In this document: in pieces, positions 12,117-25,490 of the stretch
Layout of the letters: each line of letters opens with the position of its first letter
Numbering within the stretch: position 1 is the first letter of the stretch
The notes under the pieces: generated by a model
The model's database searches: none
Told to the model about the DNA's origin: nothing
The model's input: only the letters and a program-made list of their open reading frames with translations
Assembly: GCA_964016885.1 (NCBI GenBank)
Contig: OZ024741.1
Coordinates: forward strand, 295,182,001-295,246,000
Direction of reading: 5' to 3'
Source of the DNA: Eledone cirrhosa
Taxonomy: Eukaryota
DNA length: 64,000 nucleotides
Translations under genes and position numbers: made by a program

Positions 12117-12329
12117 CCTATATATTTACATATATATATATTAAAAACAAACAGGCCAGCTGTATGATGTATGTGTGTGATGTGTGATGTTGCATGGTAG
12201 TGAGTCATGGGCAGTGAATACAGAGAGTATGCAAAAGATGAAGAGAAATGGAGCATGGATGAGCTGAGAGAAAAACTGGACATAAGAGGAATCATGTGTG
12301 TGTGTGCGTGTGCGTGCATGTGTGCGTTG

Positions 12330-12482
12330 CCAAGCTGTTTCCATGTATCAAATTCCATTGGCAATGCGTTGATTAGCCTGAGGCTATAGTAGAACAGACT
12401 TACTCAAAGTGTCACACATTGGGATCAGATTTATAACCATTGTTTCAAATTGAACTTCTTAACTACACAGCCATGCCTGCAC
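12330..12482 (-). mobile_element. tRNA/CORE-type SINE, family C
   Basis: Minus head GTGCAGGCATGGCTGTGTAGTTAAGAAGTT and body CTACTATAGCCTCAGG. Confidence 0.7.
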
Positions 12483-13019
12483 CGATGTTTTATCTTTTCA
12501 TTTCACTTACATTATTATTAATAGCTTTAAGGGAGGCATGAACATCACATAATCATACATGCCACTCTCTATTTATTCTATAAATTTAAAAGTATTGTGC
12601 CTTTGTAAGAAATCAATATTTCTTATAGCATAAGAGACGATTTTTTTTTTCACTTCCTCTCTAGATATCAATTTACATAATATTGAATTCTATATTATAT
12701 TTTGTTTTTTCTATGAAGTTATGTGAGATATCTTTTTAGATAAACTGGTTTTGATGTCTTTTCTTTACAATATCACTTCTGTTCTTCTTTGTTTGTTTGT
12801 TTTTGTCCATCCTCACCACACCCTATCGTTTTTTGCAACTTTTTTATGCAAACAAACCAATCATAAACCTGCTGTCTGTTTGGTCTGGTTACGGTTGAAC
12901 TCATTTACGTCACTGATCTCAGATAGTAATCTTTATTAACCACTCCCATAATAAAATATCTTTTTTCTACATGTGTGTCTTCTAGAAAATACTCAATTTA
13001 TATATATATATATATATAT

Positions 13020-13185
13020 AAACTGAGTGTTTTTTTTCTAACTTCTGATGTTCCAAACTCTCCATTTCCCAAAGAAGGACTTATGTCCGAAACGTCAAAC
13101 ATTCTTCTACTTCCTCTTAAGTGTGATACTAATAACACTTTTTGTTTTTGCATCTCTGTGTATGTCTTGTCATTTCTTGAACTAT
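13020..13185 (+). mobile_element. Diverged H1-like hammerhead element
   Basis: CCAAAGA-AGGAC-TTAT-GTCC-GAAA-CGTC at 13069-13096, then AAGTGTGATACTAAT as in H1; flanked by TA tracts. Confidence 0.55.
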
Positions 13186-14206
13186 ATATATGTGTATATG
13201 CAGGTGTTGATACAATCGATGAGTTACACAATGCACAAGCTATTTTCTGAGATATATACGCTAATTTTTATAAGTTTTCTCAATACAAATTCTCACAGGT
13301 TTTGACTAACACTTTGTGGAAAGGAGTGGCACCATCAATAAAATTAATACTAGTAATACAAAAATATCAAACCAATTCTCTATACTCCTTCCCTCTTTTA
13401 TATTAGGGACTTAATAACATGATCAGACATGACATACATGCTTACAGTGTATACAAGTGTAAGTTACACATATTTCATTGTAGAGAATACTTAATCAGCA
13501 GTTCAATTTAACACAGTGACAGTCAACTCAGTTAAAAATGAGTGTCAGTGGTGGCTGGGAGATTGAACTTGTAATGATCTCATGTGCCCTGAATTGCCTA
13601 ATACCAATGAAATGAAGATAAGCTCTTGATGAGCATCCATTCTTGGAATAGAGTTTAGCCATTAGCCCTAACATGCTTTTAGCTTAGTGGAATCTACTCT
13701 GTTACAAGCATTTAGACTGGGACTCTGGTCTGACGATATTTTCAGGGAAGTCCTAGAGCGGGTCATATACACCTCCCTCCTTCCTAAGGGTTTAACAGAA
13801 GATAATAGCAAATGTAGATTACGCAGATCAACACAGTACCTTGCATCAGGGTGCTTTTTGTGTATTTGTGTGTGTGCATATCTGCCTTGCATCAGAGTGC
13901 TGTTTGTGTGTGTATATGTATTTATTACTCATTTTTCTAAGCTGCCATTTAATCCTAGATGTTCACCCCATCTTTAACTTTTTCCAGACACTGTGTATCT
14001 AGTAATACGTTATCCAGTGACTTACTACTTTAAAATGCTAGGATAAGATTTGGGGATGTTGCATGACTTGCTATTTCTAGCAGGTGAAACAACCATAAGG
14101 AAGTTCTATTGTTAGCTCAAATCTTTGATGTTTACATACAAGGTCTCTCAAAGGTCACTATGTATTTTAGATGGAAATAAGTACACTGAAATACTATAGA
14201 ATATGA

Positions 14207-14475
14207 AGACATGTGGCCTAGTGGTATGGGTGTTGGACTTAAGATCATAATATCATGAGTTTCATTCTTGGGCTGGGTTGTGTGATGTTTCTTGAGCAAA
14301 ACACTTCATTTCCCGTTACTCCAGTATACAAACAAGTACCAGTAATATTTGGGGGTTTAACCATGTGATGGACTGGCATCCTATCCTGGGAGAAGTCTTG
14401 TATTCTCAGTCGCTTCACACTATGGAAACTGGAATAAGCCCCGGCCTGATGAGCCTCCTGGCTTGAGACAAACTT
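14207..14475 (+). mobile_element. tRNA-derived SINE with CORE-like segment and V/Meta-like conserved body
   Basis: A box TGGCCTAGTGG, then CTTGAGCAAAACACTT, then TGTGATGGACTGGCATCCTATCC..GTCGCTTCA..GGAAACTGG. A second partial copy lies at about 17895-18045. Confidence 0.6.
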
Positions 14476-14914
14476 TAGAAACTGAAATAAATGTGTGTGT
14501 GTATGAAGAGAGAAATAAGGGTAAATGAATCATTTTGGCTGAGTTATTTGGGCTACTACTAAGGGCAGTTGAAATACCAGAATTGTTGTGTATCTACTTA
14601 CTTTAGTGAGTGTAACAGAAACTAGATACTGCTCCTAATTCATAGTTGATTAACACATATTCCAGTTAGTGGCACTATTTGTTCCAATGTAAAACTTATC
14701 AGTCTGAGAGAGCAGGTATCTTGAAGCTAATCATTAAAAAAGTACCAGCATTGTAGATACAATATATTGTAAAAGATCTTACATACATACACATGGCGTA
14801 GTCATCACTGTTTGATTTATATATTTTTTTAATGTACATTTTCAAAGCAAGGTGGAAAGAAACATAATAAAATAACTAACTAAATAAATAAATAACTAGA
14901 TAGATAAAAGATCA

Positions 14915-15220
14915 ACCAACTATAAACAAAATCTTTGAGTACATGGAGGTTACAAAAAGATTCAACAACAGAACCTCCAAGCTGCTTTACAGCTTCCCTT
15001 GCTTTCCATTTTTTCTTTATCTTTTTTTATACTTATTTTGCCTCCAGTTGACCTTCCCTATTTAAATGTTTTTAATTTTATTTATATTTTTATATTCACT
15101 TATCTCTGTATATCTTGTTTTTTTTTGTTTCTCAACTGTAAGAAGTATTAGATACTTCTCCTAGCCTGCCATCACTTGCTAGCTCTATATGGACAATTAA
15201 ATTGATTAATGAAATAAATA
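14915..15220 (+). mobile_element. I-clade-like LINE 3' end (dispersed repeat)
   Basis: Homologous to 20133-20275 and 27088-27765; ORF end like TINKIFEYMEVTKRFNN; TAAA-rich tail. Confidence 0.5.
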
Positions 15221-17129
15221 GCTGGAGTTAGGAAGGTAAACAGAGAGAAAGCGAGAGAAAATGTTAAGATGGCACATTCAAAACTGAGACTTTGATGGCT
15301 CAATTTTTATCCTGAACAATCTCTTTTATCAAACTTTGCTTCACTGTCTTCTTCACTTGATGAGAAGTGAGTACATATTTTAGATGATTTCTTAGGAAAA
15401 TTATCAACAGAAGACATTCTCTCACTGTGTGTGGGATCTAGCAGTTTGTTAGACATATTAAACCACTACAAAGCTTTACCTGTGTTTCATGCTAAGGCAA
15501 GACTAGATGCTTAATATAGTTCTCTGACTTCTGAACTCTTGCTAATCTACTTTTACTTGCCATAATCTATCCAAGGATAAACTAAATATCCTCTACAAAA
15601 GAAATGTGACATTTATTATGAGGTGAGAGCAGGGCTAGAGTTATGGGTTGGGGACATGTTCTGGCCCTCCCTCTCATCAAACAGAGCCCTGCCTTCTTCA
15701 GAACATGCTGTGAAATGGTTGGAAGGGTATCCAGCCAAAGAAAGCTTGCCAAACAAGATATTAGGTGAGCCCTTTAGTCTTTGTATGTCCAACCCTTTCT
15801 AGCAGTAAAAGCAGATGTTAAATGATGATGATAATTTGTAATATAGTGTTACTTTTATTGCAAAACAGCATGATTTTATTGAGGAATCTAAAGAAAAACT
15901 GTACAGCTTCTTCAATAATCAGCATTAGCAATGTATCTTTAACTTTTTTTGTATTGTATGGTCCAGTAACTCCTGATGGAGTTGTCGGGGTACTGTAGTG
16001 GCATATGATGTTTCTTGGGTATTTTAAGCCTTGTGAGGCCTATCCCTCTCCAGGTCTGAATACAGAAGACTTCTTCCAGAAAAGGATAAAAAGTGAGTGA
16101 GAGGAAGTGAGAAAGAGATATAGAAGAAGAATTGGCCCCAGTACAAGACTGGTACTTTTTCTATCAATCTTAAATGGATGAAAGTTGACCTCAGTAGAGT
16201 TTGAACTTAGAGAGCCAGAACAAATACCACAAAGTATTCTATTCAACATTCTAACAACTCTGCCAATTCACCACCTCTTTAAGTATTATTAGTTCTTTAT
16301 TAAATTCCTTATTTTCCTTAGTAGATGTTTTTTTTTGTTCTTTTTTTGTTTTGTTTTTTCTACTTATCAAATCGTTTTAAGATTTCTTTTGTGTTTGCTT
16401 TTGTTTTAAACTATTTTTTTTATTTTTATTTTGTATTTATATTTTTCATTTATTTTTTCCTATTGTACCTGTTTTATTTTTGTTTTTTTTTGTTATGTGT
16501 AATGACTTTTCTTTACATTTTACAAAGCATGTGAATATTATTTTTATTATCATTCTTTTACACACATACACACACACATTTCAAGAGTTACCTTGGTAAC
16601 CAGAGCCTGCAAGTTATATGATTAAGCTAGTTCTTGCTTAAACTGGTTATTTAGTTAACCACACCATCAACAACTCAGGTTATCCATATGGAAGAAAAAG
16701 ATGATGATGATGATGATAAACTGATTGAGCATGTTGTGTGTGTATGTGATAGTGTGAATATCTGGGCTAATGTTATCCTCTCTCTCTCTTCATTATAGAC
16801 ATTATAGAGACAATTTTAGTTTTCACATTGATGTTTGTCAGCTTGTTAAGGCAGCAGCTACCATTGTTGATCTGACAGAATCATCATCACACCTGATACT
16901 ACAAACTGTTGTTGTTGTTGTCATTGCTGTTGTTTGAGCAGCAACCCCCACTGCTTGCTGAGAGAGCAAATCACTGGCTTTCATACTACTACTACCACCA
17001 CCACCAACACCACCCCACTACTACTACTACTACTATGATATGTAACAGGTAAAACTTCCAGTATCAGGAGATATTTTCTGGAGCTATAAGTATATGTTTC
17101 TCATAATCTGGGATTATTTCAGAATATGG

Positions 17130-17320
17130 GGTTAATAATATCATCATAGGGATTTTTACATTAATTTTTCTGTTTGTATGAGTTAGGTGACTTCTTACCA
17201 GCAGAAGGTCTTTCCAGCTGTTGGATTCCTTTGTCATTTCCTTTGTAAAATTCAGCCACCTGAGATCTGCTTTCATCACTTTCACCCATGTCTTCCTTGA
17301 GAACTTTACCAAATTCCTTT
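17130..17320 (-). pseudogene. Old RTE ORF C-terminus
   Basis: SRKTWVKVMKADLRWLNFTKEMT is the equivalent of the PRKTW..DL motif. Confidence 0.6.
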
Positions 17321-17388
17321 TCCTAATTATATCTAAACTGTGATAGAAATCAGTAATGCATAGCCTCATCAGTACTTGCCTAAGACTG

Positions 17389-17454
17389 CAGGGCCAGATT
17401 TAGACCTGTTGGGAGGACAATTGCCCCCTTTGTCTCCAATTAAATCTGGCCCTG
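17389..17454. mobile_element. 66-bp hAT-like MITE
   Basis: Perfect 14-bp TIRs CAGGGCCAGATTTA / TAAATCTGGCCCTG; flanking 8-mers TAAGACTG and AGTGACTG are a degenerate TSD. Confidence 0.55.
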
Positions 17455-18794
17455 AGTGACTGAATCACTAAGTAAATGTACAGGAATATAGAATTGTTTA
17501 GGTAAGAAAATAATTCAGGGATGTTATCTGCATAAGAAACAATAGGACATTTTGTGTCAATATATTTAATTTCTTTGTGCCAAATTTAAAAATCAATATT
17601 CTATTAGAAATGAGAGATCACAGCTCCAATGGCTGAATATCTCAGGAAAGAATTGTTGGACTGCTTCTGACAGGACCCACTGGAAGGAGTGTTTGAGAAC
17701 ACAACCCTCTCAGGAATAAGTGGACGAAGAAGAAGAATATTCTATTCTTTCATTTTTCTTTTTTGCAATTACTAGTTAGAACATTCTAGGGAAAATTGTG
17801 GGATGTTGGTATTATTAGGAATTTCATTTCATTCATAAAATTGTTGAGGCCAAAATAAACAGAAAATTCTCCCAAATTCTCTACTCATTTCATGGTTTCA
17901 TTTCATGTGCTCCAGTCCACACAGTTGGAAAAAAAATTAGTGCCAGTAGCAGCTGTTGGTTAGCCCTGCAATGGATTAGCTTCCCATCCAGGGAAATGCC
18001 TTGTTTTCTCAGTCACTTAACACCAATTAAACCAGAGTAAATTCCATGCTTCTATATTTATTCTGTATTAACTTTTTAATGCACTAGTACAAGCATGGAA
18101 ATACTAAAAGTAAACATAGTGAGGGACTGAAGGCTATCATGTTGGCAATCCAACAGAGACAATATAGAGTTTGTGAGGGCTCTACAGTCTGGCCCAGCAT
18201 GTGACAACATCTCTAGTGCTAGTGCCATGATAAAATATACCTAGTACACTCTGTAAAGTAGTTGGCAATTAAAGTTTGAGAGGGCTCTTAAGTCTGGCTT
18301 AGCATGTGACAACCTCTCTAGTGCCATGATAAAATGCACTCAGTACAATTTGTAATGTTGGTGCCATGTAAAATGCACCCATTACAACCTTTGATTGGAG
18401 TTAGGAAGGGCTGCCAGACATAGAAACCATGGAGCATATGAGAAAGATGAGATTGCTCTGACCTGCCTAGTATCCAGCTGTGACAACCCATACTAGAGTG
18501 CAAAGCAAATGTAAAATGTTGATGATTAATTTACATTCCATTTTTTTGTCCATGCAGGTAGCATCTGGATTAAGTGAATGAGCACTTCACTATTATACTA
18601 TAAAGTCTCTTTACTATATTGCAGGTATTTTATTACATTTTCCCAGAGTACTAATTAAGCTGATCCTGAGAAGATTTGAGTACAGAAGCATGTCAGCAAA
18701 GAAGTCATCATAAAATATAACATCCATACCATCTCTACCAAATCCTCTCTCCTAGTTATAGGAAATAGATCTAAACTGTGACAGACATTTCCAT

Positions 18795-18980
18795 GATTAC
18801 AATGGTGATAGTGATGATGGTGGTGGTGGTGGTGGTGGTGATGATGATGGTGGTGATGATGAGGATGACAGTGGTGGTAGTGATGATGGTGACAATGAGG
18901 ATGATGATGATGGTGGTGGTGGTGATGATGGTGATGGTGGTGACAATGAGGATGGTGATGATGGTGGTGGTGATGATAAT
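18795..18980. repeat. (GAT)/(GGT) trinucleotide repeat
   Basis: Directly visible; source of the poly-His ORF. Confidence 0.95.
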
Positions 18981-20287
18981 AATTCTCCAAGTAATTTCTA
19001 ATTAAGTGTCATTGTTGTGATTTATCTCAGGAAAATGTCATTATACTTTGCCTTCTATATTGATTTAATCAGGGATAATTATGTCACTTACATAAAGCCA
19101 TGAAACATGGACCAGATCTAATGGAATATGGAAGTAAGATCAGAATAATTTAAATCTTTGTAGGATTCCTTTACAGCTTGCCAAAGGTGACATAGTTATT
19201 TTAAAGGTCAGAGATTATATTACAATATATTTCATTTCAATTATAGATATAAGATAAAAAAAATAATGGGAGTAAAGGTTTTTGACTAGTGGGAAGGGAA
19301 CCAATTTATTGACATGTTATTTCAGGGCACAGCTATGTAGATGTAGGCTAAAATCATTGATAATTGTATTCTAATTAGTGAAATAAGGATGTTCAAGTAA
19401 TAAGTAATAATGGGATTCTGTGTCAGATATTGATTTTATTACTTACCTTGCTTCTCAGTGAGGAAGACATTGGTTTTTCTCTAAAAGAAGCCTGGAAAAT
19501 TTACCCTGCATCTTGGAGGCTGAAAATTATGTTCGGAAAAATGTTGTATGTATGTTAAATGTTTTGTTTCAAAATGTAGCAATTCAAAGGATACCAGGAG
19601 ATACACATTACCATGTTTCTAATATAAGACACTGCCTACGATTTTCAAATAATTTTGAAAATTATCAAGAATTTGAAGGGATTATTAATTTGGTGTTTGG
19701 AACATAACAGTTATGATGGAAGGATCTTAGATAAATATAAACACTTCAAAACAGTTTTATTTAACGAAAGAAAAGGTGGTTTCAAGCAGTTTCAATTTAT
19801 TTAAAATTTATGTCCATACCTACTAGTCCAACTGCTTACCATTTTTCGTCTGGCCAGGTTATCATACAAAATTAGTAAGTTTGGGGGGAAGAGACCATGT
19901 TATTGCAGGAGTAGAAGTGACCAAGAAAACATTTGATATATGAGTGGTGTTTCTTTGTTCTATTGTTTAGAATAACTACATATGTTATAGACAAATGATT
20001 TCCATTTTTTTCTCTACTAAGGAACACTTTTGTTTAAATGAATTTCTTCATTGGCCCACCGACTACAATCTCTCAAATGAGAAAAGCAGTCCAAAAAGAG
20101 AAATGCTTATAATTAGATATTTAATTTTTTTAGTTGCTTTACAGCTTTCCTTGCTTTCTATTTTTTTTTTCTTTTTTATGCTTATTTTGCTGCCCGACCC
20201 CCCATTGGCCTTCCCTATTTATGTTTTAAAATTTTGTATTTTTATTTTGGTTATTTTATTCACCTATCCCTATATATATATATGTCT

Positions 20288-20766
20288 TCATCATCATCAC
20301 TGTTTTATGTCAATGATTCCATGCTAGTATGGGTTTTACGGGTTGTCCTGTTGTGGGCAATGCCAGGTTAAGTGACCATGTCTTGCTCATACAGGCCTGA
20401 TTTTGACTTGGTTTCTACAGCTGGATGCCCTTCCTAACACTAACGTCATTTACAGTGAGTACTGGATGCTTTTTGTCATGACACCTAAACGACCACTTTA
20501 CAGTGGGAGGGGCATAGGGGCATATTGTCTATATGCTTCAGCTTCAGCTTGTGCCCATGGGAACTCGGGTCTTCTGTATTACTGCATACTGCCAGAGGTC
20601 TCGGTCCTGTGTCATCAGCTTTGAGAGGTGCAATTGGGCAAGGTCAGTTTTTATCACCTCATTCCAAGTCTTCTTGAGTCTCCCCACTCCAAGGCATCCA
20701 TTGACTTTTAGTGCTCTGCACCTTTTTATGCAACTGACATCCTTCATACGCATCACATGTCCATAC
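20288..20766 (-). mobile_element. RTE family B 3' fragment (type-2 tail)
   Basis: YGHVMRMKD..KKTWNEVIKTDL, a 3' UTR with TTAGGAAGGGCATCCAGCTGTAGAAA and a (GAT)n tail. Confidence 0.9.
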
Positions 20767-20810
20767 ATGTGTGGATGTATATTTATATACATATATATAT
20801 ATGAATATAT

Positions 20811-21203
20811 CATTTCATTTTCATTTCATTTCATTTTACGTCCGCTTTTTCCCTGCTTGCAAGGGTGGGACGGGAACTGATTCTGGCTTGATTTCTACAG
20901 CTGGATGCCCTTCCTAACACCAACCTCATTTACAGTGAGTGCTGGGTGCTTTTTTTTCTGTGGCACTTCCATGACCACTTTACAGTGTGGGCTGGGTGCT
21001 TTTTTGCCGTGGCACCTCCACAACCACTTTGCAGTTAAATGATAGGGACCCCAGTCCCTATCATCTCATTTCTACAGCTTAGTAAACTGGAGCAATGTGA
21101 AATAAAGTGTCTTGCTCAAGGAAACAACACATCACCCGGTCTGAGAATTGAACTCACAACCTTTCAATTGCAAGACCAATGCTCTTCTAACCACTAAGCC
21201 ATG
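20811..21203 (-). mobile_element. SINE family A: tRNA head, CORE-like body and RTE-B 3' end
   Basis: A box TGGCTTAGTGG, B box GAGTTCAATTC, CORE-like CCTTGAGCAAGACACTT..CCAGTTTACT.AGCTGTAGAAATG; the tail here is (AAATG)n. Confidence 0.9.
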
Positions 21204-21416
21204 TAAACTAACTTCTGGTAAATAAGCAAAGTTGATTCAGAGTAAATCTATTGTAACACTTTTGTCTAATAGTGCCTACGTTATACTTAGCCAATTCATT
21301 GATACTAGATAAAAGAAATTTGATTTCACAATGAAAAGGTGTGTGGGGGAGGTGAAAAACTTAAGTAGGGATGTGTATAAGCTTTAAAATAACAGTGGCT
21401 TTGGATCTTGCTAATT

Positions 21417-21453
<37 letters not shown>

Positions 21454-21454
21454 T

Positions 21455-21961
21455 GCGAACGGCAAAGCATAAATGAATTGAGAGAGACTGAGCATAAGAG
21501 GAATCAAATGGTGTGTGCAGGAGAGGCGGTTGCGTTGGTATGGACATGTGATGCGTATGAAGGATGACAGCTGCATAAAAAGGTGCAGAGCACTAGAAGT
21601 CGATGGAAACCGCGGAGTGGAGAGACCCAAGAAGACCTGGGATGAGGTGATAAAAGCCGACCTTATCCAATTACACCTCTCAAGAGCAATGACACATGAC
21701 CATGACCTCTGGCATCACACAGTAACACAGAAGACCCGACCCCACCACGGGTATAAGCTGAAGCATACAGACAATAGACCCCCACACCCTCCCACTGTAA
21801 AGTGGACGTGTAGGCGCCACGGGAAAAGCACCCAGCACTCACTGTAAATGAGGTTGGTGTTAGGAAGGGCATCCAGCTGTAGAAATAAAGCCAGAATCAG
21901 TTCCTGTCCCACCCTTGCAAGCAGGGAAAAGCAGACGTAAAATGATGATGATGATGATGAT
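21455..21961 (+). mobile_element. RTE family B 3' fragment (type-1 tail)
   Basis: QERRLRWYGHVMRM..PKKTWDEVIKADL; (GAT)n tail; inserted in (TA)n. Confidence 0.9.
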
Positions 21962-21999
21962 ATATATATATATATACATGCACACACACAATTTTTTTT

Positions 22000-22161
<162 letters not shown>

Positions 22162-22818
22162 AAAAAAAATTGGGTGTGTGTGCATATATATATATATATG
22201 TACACATACACGTATATGTGTACATGTATATGTACAATGATTCCCTTGTCCCCTGTAAACAATGAAAAATATCATTACAGGTGACATATCCTGAAAAGTT
22301 AAACAAAACAATATTCCCTTTTGCATCAAATTCATTTCTAGATGTCAGCACATCATAAAATATCATCTTTCCTACACACTTTCTTAATCTTTCTCTCTCT
22401 CACATATTCACTCACTGCCATCATTCAATTGTGTATTTATCATTTTTAGTGTGTGTGTGCATGTATATAAAATTCTTGAAATGTGTTTCTCAGATAAGAA
22501 TTATTTTCTATGATGCCATGTGCTTTTATGTGAAGCATCAGGTGTCCAGATATTCCTGTTTAGAAACAATCTCAACAAAATTCCATAACAACCTTATTCT
22601 AGCAACACAGCTGTAGTAGAATGGAGCCAATATTTATTTACTTAGTTTTATTACTATCACAAAGTAAAATGTCAAAATAATACTATTTACCAAGCAGCTG
22701 TCAAGATGTTTACAACATACATGCACACATTGAATTAGTAACTACATAGCATCTAACTGAGGTTAATACTTTGTTGGAACAAATTGGATAACAGGGCTAA
22801 ATATATTAAGGTAAATAG

Positions 22819-23210
22819 CAGGGCTGATGAACCTATGGCAGACTGCATGCCCAAGCTGGCACACAAAAACATTTGCATGCAGCAGATATATATTAGTGGT
22901 TAAAGCAGTGAGCTCACAATCATATATATATAATGAAAAAAAAGGGCAGATCTGGCTGTATAGGAAAGGAAAGGAATATAAATGCCATAAATGAGAAAAA
23001 AAGGAAGGAAAAACAAGGACTATTTGGTGACGGAAGAAAGAGAGGGAGTGGCGTGTGTGTGACAGGCTCTATGCCTAGGTCAGGGTGGTGTTTTGGCAGT
23101 GCCCCATGGACAAATCTGCAAAGGCATTTCCACGGACAATGTCCAGCAACACCTACAACAGCCACCCCACAAATGTGAGTAAAAGTTTTAAAAAAGGTTT
23201 GCCAGTCCTG
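22819..23210. mobile_element. hAT (Charlie-like) non-autonomous element
   Basis: TIRs CAGGGCTGATGAACCT and AGGTTTGCCAGTCCTG; 8-bp TSD GTAAATAG / GTATATAG (7/8). Confidence 0.7.
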
Positions 23211-23815
23211 GTATATAGTTTATAGGTTCATCTTATTTGGGTTTGAGTTGACCCACTGGAATCGACTGTCATGTTGTCAATTGTATACTATTTGCTATAA
23301 CCTGTTTATTTAGACTAATGTTATCACCTTGGTTGTTATAATCCCATTTCAGCTGCTCTATCTAATGCCTGCTTCAGAAGCGTATATAAATATGTGTGTA
23401 TGTATATAGACAAGGACACTCTATTCAAATATATATGAATGTAGACAAAGTGCTCTGGGAATGATAAAAAAAATCTTATTTTCCATGCTAGAGGAGTCAT
23501 CCACATTGTGAGGCAAGTCTGGCCAGTTGGCTGCACTATTATTTGCTCAAATATTCAGAAATACTGTAGCATTTATTTAATTAGGGTTTTCTACTAGTTT
23601 GGTATATCTCTTATCCAGTTTAACACCAACAACTGGTCCTTGAGTACCTTTAACAGAGTCTACTCTGTTGCAATCATTCAAGCCAGATCTCCAGATTGAA
23701 TATATCTTCCTTCCTTCCTCCCTTGAAATCAATCTCAGAGGTACTTGAAAATGGTCATTTCTAACCTTAACCCTAACATCTCCAAATAAATAGTAGATAC
23801 ACACACACACTCTTA

Positions 23816-23853
<38 letters not shown>

Positions 23854-23856
23854 CTG

Positions 23857-24135
23857 AATTCTCAGACCGGGCGATGTGTTATTTCCTTGAGCAAGGCACT
23901 TTATTTCACATTGATCCAGTTTACTCAGCTGTAGAAATGAGATGATAGGGACTGGGGTCCCTATCATTCCACTGCAAAGTGGTCGTGGAGGTGCCACGGC
24001 AAAAAAGCACCCAGCATTCACTGTAAATGAGGTTGGTGTTAGGAAGGGCATCCAGCTGTAGAAATCAAGCCAGAATCAGTTCCCGTCCCACCCTTGCAAC
24101 CAGGGAAAAGTGGACGTAAAACGAAATGATGATGA

Positions 24136-24139
<4 letters not shown>
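23857..24139 (+). mobile_element. SINE family A, 5'-truncated
   Basis: Same body as the 20811 and 35385 copies; (GAT)n tail running into (TA)n. Confidence 0.9.
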
Positions 24140-24185
<46 letters not shown>

Positions 24186-24190
<5 letters not shown>

Positions 24191-24388
24191 AAAATGTATG
24201 ACCCCGACGGCAGAGCTCAAGCCGTTTCAGCGGCTATTTCTGGACTCGTCCAGAGACTCATCCAGAAATAGCTGTCAAAACGGCTTGAGCTCTGCCGTCG
24301 GGGTCATATATTTTCCTATTACCCACTCTACTACCCTAAGTACTCTGGTGCGTTATGGTCCATCTGGTTCCTTACCACAACTCCTTCA
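24186..24388. mobile_element. Fold-back element, family H2, with the 3' half of a hammerhead
   Basis: Near-perfect palindrome 24186-24319. The left arm on the minus strand reads GAAA-CGGC-loop-GCCG-TC-GGGGTC (hammerhead stem III and GUC site); the right arm has AAAA. One-sided ~70-nt extension. Confidence 0.7.
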
Positions 24389-25134
24389 TTATATATATAT
24401 CCTAATGTAGTGTATACACTAAATATAGACTTCTGAAGTATAAGAACTTATTCAACTTAGGTTTATTTAGAAATTGTTTACAGATGGAAGAATCTCAATC
24501 ACTCTATAAACATAATCCTAATATATATATATGTGTGCATATATATACATGGGTATGTGTGTGTGTAATATTTCATAAGATTACATACCTTCCACATTTA
24601 ATCTTATCTTTTATTCGACTTATTTTGTAGCTCTGGTTTTATTTTATTTTCTCAATTTTTAATATCCTATTTGGTAAATTCCTTTGCTCTTGTTATTTTA
24701 TCTTTTGATGAGGTCTAGTTCAATTATAATCTACAGTAGTTGAGACACAACATGTAGCATTAAAAACATGTTTTTTACTGCTACTAGTTAACTCTTGACA
24801 TTAACCAGTTGCATCAAACAAATGAATATAAGTCAATGATTTAGACTTAAATTACGATTGCTCACTGATCTAGAAATAGCAACAAAATCTCTCCTGTATG
24901 ACTCACATGTTTACTATTTAAAATAAATAGAAGATACTTTTAGGCCTGAACCAAGACTTCATGATTGCAAAGTGAACTTCATAACCATTCAGCCATACTT
25001 ATGGTCTACTTTAGCACATATAAAATCTAGGATTCTAGGAATAACATGTATCATTTAAATCACTGTATCAACTAACTTCCAACTAATATATTTTTCCATC
25101 ACAACTTTAGCCTGTCAGCTTCAAATGTAAGTGT

Positions 25135-25490
25135 GTTCCCAGATATAATGCCCTTCCTGATCAAGGCAAGCAAATCACTAATCTAGGGCTCTATGTGCTG
25201 CAACACATTCTATGCCTCCGACTTTGTACAAATATGGGTACTACCGCTCATAATGCAGAGGAGAGGAAAATAGCTAATTACTGGGATTTGATTGGCTACT
25301 TCCTATTATGCCACTCCCTCATGAGACCTTTGATGTTCTTGGTTCCCAAATTGCTGTTTTCCTCCACAAAATGGGGAAAGAGTTCATCGTGGCAGAGGAA
25401 GGAGTCTTGTGAGGTGGAATGGCTGAGTGTAAGACACTAATTGTTCTCTGCAGCAATGCCTTTGCAGTTTTGTCTATGGTGTGCAGCTAA
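25135..25490 (+). pseudogene. CRE-like restriction-like endonuclease remnant
   Basis: Frameshifted PD..KSLI*..CCNTF, AHNAEERKIANYWDL, PLPHETFDVLG, EVEWL and SNAFAVL follow the CRE RPDG..WD.T..K..KY..ET.G..NA motif order. Confidence 0.5.

Noticed and set aside
14444-14470. Hammerhead at CTGATGAGCC-TCCT-GGCTTGAGAC
   Set aside because: No correctly spaced GAAA, stem III or stem I; better read as the SINE 3' stem-loop.
18655-18990. Poly-His ORF suggesting a metal-binding protein
   Set aside because: It is a (GAT/GGT)n repeat with no supporting domain or splice context.
23759-23777. Telomere-like CTAACCTTAACCCTAAC
   Set aside because: Only about three imperfect units; not distinguishable from chance.
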